DNA of 54,892 bases, taken from contig CAWGZR010000007.1 in the NCBI GenBank assembly GCA_963827165.1, positions 1-54,892 on the forward strand. The letters are read 5' to 3'. This DNA comes from Candidatus Bathyarchaeota archaeon. GTDB lineage: Archaea; Thermoproteota; Bathyarchaeia; Bathyarchaeales; Bathycorpusculaceae. This document shows positions 1 through 7,651 of the stretch, one piece after another. Within the stretch, counting starts at the first letter, position 1. The number at the start of each line of letters is the position of its first letter. The notes below the pieces were generated by a model. The model was given only the letters and a program-made list of their open reading frames with translations. It searched no databases and was not told where the DNA came from. The position numbers and the translations under genes are program-made.

Positions 1-126
1 AATGGGACAAATGTAAAAATCCTTATTCGAGATACTCATAAGTACGGGATCATACTGGGATATGTAAAGAAATACGAAAACGCATTACAAGATGTAGCTG
101 ATTCAGTTTTGAGTGCTATCGAGTGA
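1..126 (+). CDS. 3' end of an unidentified CDS running in from the window edge
   Basis: Frame 1 is open from base 1 (NGTNVKILIRD...VLSAIE) to TGA at 124-126. Confidence 0.4.
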   Translation, partial: NGTNVKILIRDTHKYGIILGYVKKYENALQDVADSVLSAIE

Positions 127-656
127 GTTGTATCATCGCTGAAAATTCTACCCTGGAGGAGCGATGATAAAACTCGGCAGGATTCTCGGTCGTTTGTTGA
201 TTGGGGCGAGATGCGCATCCCGATCGAACAAACCGAAGGACACCTGCCATTGATGCCGTAAGATTGCACATTGCAGGGACACGGCGGCGCCGTGTTCCTA
301 GCTTTTAATCGGTATGCCAGCCAGGCAAAGAAGGTCACTCCTGCGCAACTGGCAAGGAAATCAAAAATATCGGATTGGCGCGTATGGAAAAAGCGCTGCG
401 AATATTCTTCGAAGCCGATAAACAAAGCCAGGACCAAACTTGTGATAACGGCGAGCCGCCTCTTATCCGCGAATGGACGCGCCTCGAAGACGCTTAAATT
501 AATCACGAAACTCAACAATCCAAATAGCGTGAAATGTCCAACCTTATCGCCGTATGGGAAATCATAGACTTTGGGCAGCGCACCCATATGACCGGTATCG
601 GCCAGGATGATAATCAAAACCATGAACAGCCCAAAGAAAACCGCCCAGCGTTTCAT
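36..656 (-). CDS. VanZ-like membrane protein (real domain ~first 120 aa; the tail probably reads through the REP/intergenic DNA)
   Basis: DKVGHF..FGLL and EEYSQ...R.SD.FDF motifs typical of the VanZ family; several TM segments. Confidence 0.75.
   Translation of the reverse strand: MKRWAVFFGLFMVLIIILADTGHMGALPKVYDFPYGDKVGHFTLFGLLSFVINLSVFEARPFADKRRLAVITSLVLALFIGFEEYSQRFFHTRQSDIFDFLASCAGVTFFAWLAYRLKARNTAPPCPCNVQSYGINGRCPSVCSIGMRISPQSTNDRESCRVLSSLLQGRIFSDDTTHSIALKTESATSCNAFSYFFTYPSMIPYL
273..301. repeat. REP-like GC-rich palindrome
   Basis: GCAGGGACACGGC-GGC-GCCGTGTTCCTAG resembles GTAG-type bacterial REP elements (GTAGGGGCACGGC..GCCGTGCCCCTAC). Confidence 0.55.
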
Positions 657-663
657 AAAAGAT

Positions 664-685
664 TGAAGCGCCTCGCGGCGCTTCA
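664..685. terminator. Stem-loop between dedA and vanZ
   Basis: TGAAGCGCC-TCGC-GGCGCTTCA, perfect 9-bp stem; T-rich 3' flank on the minus strand. Confidence 0.45.
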
Positions 686-688
686 GAT

Positions 689-1327
689 TTAATTCGCTGT
701 CGCGGGTTCGCTAGCGCGCCACGCTTGCCATGCTTCCCACACCGCCGGAAGAAGCGAGACCACAACGATGCCGATCACAACCATGGAAAAATGATCCCGC
801 ACGAATGGAATGTTGCCAAAGAAATAACCGGCGAACGAAAAGAGCGCCACCCATACCACACAACCCGTAACGTTATACATTGAGAAATAATCAAAAGGCA
901 TTTTGCCGATGCCTGCCACGAACGGCGCAAAGGTGCGGATGATCGGGATGAAGCGCGCCAGGAAAATCGTTTTGCCACCATACTTTTCAAAGAAGGCGTG
1001 CGTGCGATCCATGTAATCCTGCTTGATCCATTTTATGTTTTTCGCTTCATCGCCGAGCCAATAACCGATCCAATAATTGGCTGTATTGCCCGCAATCGCG
1101 GCGATCATCAAAAGAATCAGCAATAACCAAAGGTTTATCGAACCGATTGCCGCGAACGTTCCGGCAGCGAAGATCAGCGAATCACCAGGCAGAAACGGTG
1201 TGATAACAAAGCCGGTCTCCATGAAGATGATGAAGAACAACAGGCCATAGGTCCACGCGCCGTATTGCGCGATCACGGCGGCCATGTGTGTATCAAGATG
1301 CAGGAATAGGTCAATCAGAAAAGACAT
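689..1327 (-). CDS. dedA: DedA family membrane protein
   Basis: ETG..PFLPGDSL.FAAG, FFEKYGGKTIFLARFIPIIRTFAPFVAG motifs. Confidence 0.93.
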   Translation of the reverse strand: MSFLIDLFLHLDTHMAAVIAQYGAWTYGLLFFIIFMETGFVITPFLPGDSLIFAAGTFAAIGSINLWLLLILLMIAAIAGNTANYWIGYWLGDEAKNIKWIKQDYMDRTHAFFEKYGGKTIFLARFIPIIRTFAPFVAGIGKMPFDYFSMYNVTGCVVWVALFSFAGYFFGNIPFVRDHFSMVVIGIVVVSLLPAVWEAWQAWRASEPATAN

Positions 1328-1361
1328 GAATTACCTCGATGGAAATTTTTGGAACACCGCA

Positions 1362-1648
1362 TTATACCGCATCACCCTTGTCGTTGGGGCTGTGCCTGAC
1401 CAAACTGACCCAGTACCCCACGGCAAGCAATATCAAGCTTCCGACAATTCCCATCCCAAGATTGAGTGTGCCAATTCGAAACAAAATCCAATTACGCAAG
1501 ATTCCAATAAGTTGACCCCCCGCAAATCCAATCAATGATAGGATGAGATAGAAAACCAACCGAAAAAATCCGCCGCCGAGAAAGAGATGAAACAACGCGC
1601 CAATCAGTACGGCGACAACACAGCCAACGCGAGAGACGAAATCGTCAT
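1362..1648 (-). CDS. Small membrane protein, one-base frameshift near 1626
   Basis: ATG at 1648 (MTISSLA) joins GCVVAVLIGALFHLFLGGG after a 1-nt shift; hydrophobic; lies directly after the mnmA stop. Confidence 0.6.
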
Positions 1649-1650
1649 GG

Positions 1651-2682
1651 TCATTGAATCAACCCGCCGCCGATCAATACATCGCCGTGATAAAAGACCG
1701 CGGCTTGTCCGGCCGTTATATCTCTCTGCAGCGCATCAAACTGGACTTTGACTTTTCCATTGTCCAATGGCATGACCAGCGCCCCGGCCTCTTTTGCGGT
1801 ATAACAAATCTTAACTTCGGCGTGAAACGCTTCGCTCGGCGTTTCGCCCGAGATCCAATTCACGTCATGCGCGATCAATTCGCGCGAGCCAAGTTCATCT
1901 TGCGTTCCGACGATCACGGTATTCGCCAACGCATTTTTTCCTAAAACATACAGCGGCACCGACAAAGGAATACCCAATCCTTTTCGCTGACCGATCGTGT
2001 AATTCGCCAGTCCGTTATGTTCGCCAACCACTTCCCCATCAGGTCGCGTGATCTTCCCCGGTTTTAACCTACCCGCCGCGTTGCGTTCAAGAAAGTTGCG
2101 ATAGTCATCACCTGCAAGAAAACATAAATCCTGGCTATCATGTCGAGATGCAGTCGGCAGTCCAAACAACTCGGCGATCTTGCGAATCTCCGGCTTGGTG
2201 TAATCGCCAACTGGAAACAAAGCCCGCTTCAATTTTTCTTGATTCAAAACATGCAACACATACGATTGATCTTTGGCGCGATCCACCGCGCGCCACAACT
2301 GATGCTTATCTCCAGCATCTTGCTTTCTGGCATAATGTCCAGTTGCCATAAATTCCGCATTCAGAGCCAGTGCATAATTCAATAAAAACTCCCAGCAAAT
2401 CTGGCGATTGCAAATCAAGCATGGATTCGGCGTCTCGCCGCGCGCATAACCATCCAGAAAATATTCGACGACCGTTTTACGAAAAACATCTTTCGCGTCC
2501 ACAACATAAAACGGAATATCCAGCTTAGCCGCAACGCGACGCGCTAATGCCATCGCATCCGGCGTACAACATCGATTTCGAGTTTTCTCTTCCCGGCTCC
2601 GACCACAACCTCAGCATCATGCCGACGACTTCATATCCCTGTTGTTTGAGTAACGCCGAGGCAACCGACGAATCGACTCCGC
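1651..2682 (-). pseudogene. mnmA: tRNA 2-thiouridylase MnmA, 5'-truncated at 2682 and frameshifted at ~2577
   Basis: [61 protein letters not shown] motifs; extra A in TCG-A-AAT-CGA-TGT-TGT; start codon and MxxxxAMSG missing. Confidence 0.9.
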
Positions 2683-2829
2683 AATTCTACAATTGTCTAA
2701 TATGTAAATTAGAAGGTTCCCCACCTTCAAGCAAAACCTAACGAGACTACGATCTTTGCCTTTGCCTCGATTAATCTATTGCAAAAACCTGCGAATTTTT
2801 TCCTTTGTGTTTTGAGTTGTTTTCTGGCG

Positions 2830-2842
2830 GAAAAGCTTAAAT
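2830..2842 (+). promoter_or_regulatory. Archaeal BRE/TATA-like promoter
   Basis: GAAAAG-CTTAAAT about 20 nt upstream of the decamer array. Confidence 0.45.
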
Positions 2843-2856
2843 CATCTGCAGGTTGC

Positions 2857-2971
2857 GTCAACTATAGTCTACTAAAGTCAACAAAAGTCAACTATAGTCA
2901 ACAAAAGTCTACTAAAGTCAATAGAAGTCAACAAAAGTCAACCAACGTCAACAAAAGTCGACTAAAGTTAA
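2857..2971. repeat. Tandem array of 11 decamers, consensus AC(T/A)A(A/T)AGTCA
   Basis: actatagtct actaaagtca acaaaagtca actatagtca acaaaagtct actaaagtca atagaagtca acaaaagtca accaacgtca acaaaagtcg actaaagtta read directly from 2861. Confidence 0.95.
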
Positions 2972-3042
2972 TAGGCGGCCACGGCACTCAATAAGCGCAA
3001 ATGAAGTCAAATTTGATAAATAAAAAACAGGATAAATAACAT

Positions 3043-3333
3043 ATGCCCATAATTGAAAAAATCGCATTTAAGAACGTGCTTGAAAAAGGCAGCAGAATCC
3101 AAGTTCCAAAGTTGATCCGCTGGGAATTCAAAGTCGAAACAAATCAACTATTAAATGTTGGAGTAAACGACATAAACACTCAAATCGGATGGCAATTCTT
3201 TTTCGCAAAAATGTCAAAAGAAGGACGCATAAGAATTCCCCTAGTGATAATAAAACTTCTCCAAACCGACGAGTCAGACATTACCGGGCATGTCCTAGAA
3301 GTAACACTCGAACCCGGACAAACAACAGAATAA
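3043..3333 (+). CDS. Small protein with two AbrB/SpoVT/MraZ-like swapped-hairpin repeats
   Basis: LEKGSRIQVPKLIR and MSKEGRIRIPLVII both match the AbrB-type 'xxxGRIxIPxxxR' motif. Confidence 0.7.
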   Translation: MPIIEKIAFKNVLEKGSRIQVPKLIRWEFKVETNQLLNVGVNDINTQIGWQFFFAKMSKEGRIRIPLVIIKLLQTDESDITGHVLEVTLEPGQTTE

Positions 3334-3525
3334 AATAAAGGCTCTTCTAAAAAGCTAGAATGAAATCTTTTCTTCTTACTTCATTTGCTAACAGGCATGC
3401 CAAGAGCAATCAATGGCTTGGTAACCTCTTTGAAGTTGTGTGACAGCTAGCACCCGACATTCCCCATTTAGTCGTTTAGGAGTTTGAATTTTGACTAAAA
3501 ACTCTTCAAAACGAAAACTTGGGGG

Positions 3526-3642
3526 TCAGATGCTGTGTTCCATTATCTTGCCGCTGTGGGCTACTTGTCTATGAACCCAAAGTTCACGGGGGTTAGAGCA
3601 GGGCTGCTTGCATACTGGGCACTTGAAAACTTGATTCATCAT
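3526..3642 (-). CDS. 38-aa C2H2 zinc-finger microprotein (absent from the ORF track)
   Basis: MMNQVFKCPVCKQPCSNPRELWVHRQVAHSGKIMEHSI; F-x-C-x2-C-x12-H-x4-H pattern; GAGG upstream. Confidence 0.65.
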   Translation of the reverse strand: MMNQVFKCPVCKQPCSNPRELWVHRQVAHSGKIMEHSI

Positions 3643-3818
3643 GGGCCAAAACCTCAACGCTAACTATCAACCGAGCGGGTATATTAAAAAGTGTGACTGT
3701 ATCGATGCAGCAACAGGCGAGCAAGCATTTCTGAGCTTGAACGCAATGCCTTAAGATTAACGGATTTTCCATGGAAACCGTAGAAAAACATGCTACGATT
3801 CAGTCCGGGTGTTTTTCT

Positions 3819-4118
3819 TTAGAGCCTATTTGGAACCTTTATTTTTAATGAAATCTTTTCCTCAGGTTTCAAAAATTCCTGAAGTTGCATCCATTTCGCA
3901 AGAAAATCCAAACCTTTTCCTGTTGTGGCATACTCCATTGTTCCATGCTGCAGTTGAAGCAACTTTAATTCTTGGAGTTGCGCTAGGCATTCTTGAATGG
4001 TGTTGAAGGAAAGGTTTAGCTTTTGCATCAACCTTGTTTTTACCATGGGCGTTCTGCAGGTTTGAAGTATCTCTGTGGAAATCTGCAGCCGACTTCTTTT
4101 TAGTAGAGCTCGTTGCAT
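3819..4118 (-). CDS. Archaeal winged-HTH transcriptional regulator
   Basis: KRSRLQI..EIL, KTRLMQK.NLS, Y.TT.KG..FL pattern of archaeal wHTH regulators. Confidence 0.8.
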   Translation of the reverse strand: MQRALLKRSRLQISTEILQTCRTPMVKTRLMQKLNLSFNTIQECLAQLQELKLLQLQHGTMEYATTGKGLDFLAKWMQLQEFLKPEEKISLKIKVPNRL

Positions 4119-4174
4119 GACATCTTGACCTTTTGTAGGCTAAGGTTTTGTCATGGAGGTTAATGTAGGGTTTC

Positions 4175-4393
4175 TCAGGAAACTATTGATGTCTCTGTAA
4201 TCTCTATAGTTAGAGTAGGGGTTCCTTCCAAGGCAGAGGCGTCTTTGTCTCTAGGTTTTTTCCGTGTTTTGCAATCTTTGTAAACTATGCAGCTTTCGCA
4301 GCTAGGCGTGTTGCTTTTGGTTTGGCAATCCAATACTATTGTTTGATCCATTATTTGATCCATTTTTTTTCCTCTAACGCGGGTTATAGCCAT
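4175..4393 (-). CDS. Small Cys-rich hypothetical protein
   Basis: C-x7-C-x2-C-x5-C; AT-rich TATA-like region upstream. Confidence 0.45.
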   Translation of the reverse strand: MAITRVRGKKMDQIMDQTIVLDCQTKSNTPSCESCIVYKDCKTRKKPRDKDASALEGTPTLTIEITETSIVS

Positions 4394-4664
4394 AAAGGCT
4401 CTTTTAAGATTAATCTTAATATTATATATTCATATATAAGATGACAATGTGCTCTATATATAAAAATATTTCCCAAAAATATTTTCCCCTAATGCAACGG
4501 TTCACATACACTTCAAGGTGGCGGGATGACCCCTACTTTCCTAATGTTAACTGATTCTGGAAAGCCCAGATAGGCACCCCCGTTTAGAAACTATTTGGCG
4601 CCTGACTCAAAGTACCTAAACTACGCTCAATCATGAAACATTGGGCAAAAAACTGGACTGAATT

Positions 4665-4907
4665 TTAGGATTCAGCTAAAACTCCGATTAACTTCATTTT
4701 CTGCAGTGCTTCTTCGCCATGGGGAGCAATTTCAAGTGCCATCGTTAAATCTTGGCCTGCTTCGTGACCCAAATGGTCGCCACTCGCCCACATACTTGAA
4801 TCGGTCACGTCATAAACTTTCCCTTTATACGCAAAATAAGCGGGGTTACCGTTCTTGCCATTAAATTTGCTTAGTTGCTCCATGGTGAACTGTTGCTGTT
4901 TTTCCAA
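4665..4907 (-). CDS. Cytochrome b5-like heme/steroid-binding protein
   Basis: FT.EQL..FNGKNG.PAY.AY.GKVYDVT.S..W..G.H..H.AG.DLT......PHG; probable TTG start at 4907. Confidence 0.88.
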   Translation of the reverse strand: MEKQQQFTMEQLSKFNGKNGNPAYFAYKGKVYDVTDSSMWASGDHLGHEAGQDLTMALEIAPHGEEALQKMKLIGVLAES

Positions 4908-4990
4908 AAACCTATCCACTCCTTCGATGCCTATACTCATCAAAAAGGCTAACTCTATAATTGCATTTAAACGGTATAACCCTTGCGGTT

Positions 4991-5986
4991 TCAACACAGG
5001 TGCTGCTTAGCCTTAAGCTGAAGGTTTTCTGCAGCTTTTTGAGCCCACTTTGCATCTTTCCAAATCGCCCTACCCACCGCTACCAAGTCAACTTTTCCTT
5101 CGCAAACTAGCTTATCCGCAAATTTAGCACTGCGAATCCCACCCACTCCGACGATGGGAACCCTGACCGCCTTCTTAATCTCGATTGCCTGCGGAACAAA
5201 ATAGCCTACGATGCGTCGGAGCTGTTTTGGTTCACTTCCACACATGCCCCCCGACACATCAATAATATCAATGCCCACCTGCGCCAACTGAACTGCAAAG
5301 GCAACGGCGTCTTCAATTTGGGTTCCATTAGGCGCTAAATCATCTGCTCCCAGCCTGTAGAGCAGCAACTTGTTGCGGAGACGTTCGCGCACTTTTCTAA
5401 CAACCTGCAGCGGGAAACGCATCCTGTTTTCCAGCGAGCCGCCGAATTCGTCCGTTCGCAGATTCATCAGGGGTGAGAAGAACTGGTTAAGCAGGTAACC
5501 GTGGGCACCGTGAAGCTCAACCCCATCGAAACCAGCCTTAGCCGCGCGTTCCGCCGCAGCAGCAAACTCTTCGGCAATGGCATTCATCTCGCTTACTTCC
5601 AAGCCTCGGGTTTTGCCTCGTGTTGAAGGACCTGCAGGCTGGGCGCCAATGATCTTTTTGTTGGCAACTCCGCCGGCATGAGTAATTTGAATCACCGCGG
5701 GGGCACCTACGTAATGAATTGATTTCGCAAGTTTTTCAAGCCCAACAATGAGTGAGTCATCGTCAATTCCCAGCTGTTTAGGGCCTATCTTCCCAAACCT
5801 TGAGATGTAGGAGTGCTCAATAATTGGCAAACCCACTGCAGTCACACGCCTCACGTAGAAGCTAATCAATCTGCTTGTCACTTCACCCTCAAATGATGCC
5901 CGACCCGATTGCATCGGAGCCATGACAATTCGATTTCTAAGCGTAATTCCTTTCACGGGTAAAGGATCAAGAAGCCCCAACAGCAA
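4991..5986 (-). CDS. NADH:flavin oxidoreductase (Old Yellow Enzyme family)
   Basis: LRNRIVMAPM, AGFDGVELHGAHGYLL.QF.SP..N.RTDEFGGSLENR.RF, D.VAVGR. Confidence 0.93.
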   Translation of the reverse strand: MLLGLLDPLPVKGITLRNRIVMAPMQSGRASFEGEVTSRLISFYVRRVTAVGLPIIEHSYISRFGKIGPKQLGIDDDSLIVGLEKLAKSIHYVGAPAVIQITHAGGVANKKIIGAQPAGPSTRGKTRGLEVSEMNAIAEEFAAAAERAAKAGFDGVELHGAHGYLLNQFFSPLMNLRTDEFGGSLENRMRFPLQVVRKVRERLRNKLLLYRLGADDLAPNGTQIEDAVAFAVQLAQVGIDIIDVSGGMCGSEPKQLRRIVGYFVPQAIEIKKAVRVPIVGVGGIRSAKFADKLVCEGKVDLVAVGRAIWKDAKWAQKAAENLQLKAKQHLC

Positions 5987-6153
5987 GTCACCAACGTCAT
6001 AATGCCTTGCTCAAGAACTATAAGAACATATTTTGCTGGAAATCTTTTTTTCTAAAGGTCTCAGTCGGCTCTTATTAGAAGAATTTCATTGATTGTAAGG
6101 GTAGGCGGTACATGTACACGGGACGACTTCAATTTGCTTAGGATTCGCGGCGA

Positions 6154-7180
6154 TTACTGTGATTTGTTGAAAACTGCTTCAACGATTCTTCTTACGTCTG
6201 CTTGGACTTCAACGTTGTCGCTGGTTAACCCAATTATCGTTTCTTCAGCTGCCTCTACAGCGGATCATTCCGTCAAAAACCAGCATTCCCCAATTTATCA
6301 AGTCACCTAGCGAAGGTCCATAGGGCAAATCGCCCGACTTATATTGTCTGCGCAGTTCTGCGCCTGCTTGGATGATTTTGTAGGCGGTGTCTTGGTCGAT
6401 TTTTGTTCTTTTTTTAAGCATGTCTACTTCGTGTGGTGAGATGGTTTCTCCTACGCTGAGGAAGTCGAAGTTTATCCAGACTGCCATGCGACGTCTCATG
6501 GCGGCGTTTAGGGGTTTTGTCCCTGAGAACTCAGCTGTGGCTGGGTTCATGCTGATAATCATGTAGCCGTATTTGTGGCGCTCGATTACTTCACTGTCTT
6601 TTTCGTTAAGTACAAGGTGGCCCCTGGTGTCTAAAACGGGGTTTAATCTTGTGGCGACGTCCTGCTTCATCATGTTTGCTTCGTCAAGGTACATGATTCC
6701 GCCTTTGCGTAGCCACTGAGTCAGCAATCCATCGACCCAGTTTTCCTTGCCAAGTCCGATGAAACGCCCGATTAAGTCAAATGAAGAGGTTGATAAGCCG
6801 CAGTTAACTTCCCAAATCGGCAAGCCGGTGAGTTCAGCCACCAGGTAAACGATGTGGGTTTTGCCGGTTCCTGAGGGTCCGATTAAGCTGCATTGCTTGA
6901 AATAGTACATGGCGCGAACGATGCGTTCCACGTAGTGTTGCCCGTGATCAAGGTATTCGGGGGTGCCTTTAGGAATCATATCGTCCAGGTGAGCGAAGCT
7001 AAAGTTCGGATGCAGATCATACTTTTGAATTGCATACTTCTCATAGAGCGGGCACTTACTCATCGGGCGCTCCTTATCCAAAGAAACCGTAACCTTGAAT
7101 TTATCCTCCTTGTGCGAAGAAACCTCCTGAATCCTGCTAACCTGACCTTTTTCCTTTAACCCCTGATGCCCATAACTCAT
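6154..7180 (-). CDS. MoxR/CbbQ/NorQ-type AAA+ ATPase; 1-nt frameshift near 6265
   Basis: Walker A GPSGTGKT, Walker B YLDEAN, sensor MNP, LNAAMRRR; C-terminus SAVEAAEETIIG...FNKSQ* continues in another frame to 6154. Confidence 0.85.
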
Positions 7181-7396
7181 AAACAGCCACTACCTAACTC
7201 GATTCTCTGTACCGGATAAATAAATATTGTGTATTGTGAATTGAGAGTCGATATATGTGCCAACCTTCCGAACGCTTCACTCAAAAATTGACTTAAAAGC
7301 CGATTTTAGAAGATAGATTCCAACTCTCATGTTACGATTCGTGACTAATGTTCACGTACACAATCTTTTAATATGCTATCGTAAATCGTAATATAG

Positions 7397-7620
7397 TTGA
7401 CTAAGAGCGTCATCACACAAGCTAACCTTGCTTCAAAGGGTGGAGGACGCTCGCTGAACATGCAGGAGCAAAGAAGCAGACCGGTGAAGCTGCAAATGTG
7501 GGGGGTCAGCTCACCAAGAAGCTTCGTTGCATGTTCAGAAGAGGTTCCTCCATCACAAAGCCTCAACGACCATAACCGATCAGCCGAATTCTCTCGTTTT
7601 CGATCTTTGAGAGACGGAAC
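7397..7620 (+). ncRNA. Candidate structured non-coding RNA
   Basis: Nested helices 7405-11/7446-52, 7454-64/7528-38, 7483-92/7507-15, 7541-46/7559-64, 7590-96/7608-14; TATA-like TTTTAATA at 7366-7373. Confidence 0.45.
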
Positions 7621-7651
7621 AAACACACAATAAATTATGTTGGCAACAAAA

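Noticed and set aside
2857-2971. CRISPR array or coding repeat (ORF 2779..2994)
   Set aside because: The units are contiguous 10-mers with no spacers and no cas genes; a 10-bp period is not codon-phased, so the ORF is probably incidental.
7397-7620. Assignment as RNase P, SRP RNA or c-di-AMP riboswitch
   Set aside because: Lacks GAGGAAAGUCC and the SRP helix-8 motif; the ydaO-like words occur in the wrong order. Kept only as an unknown structured RNA.
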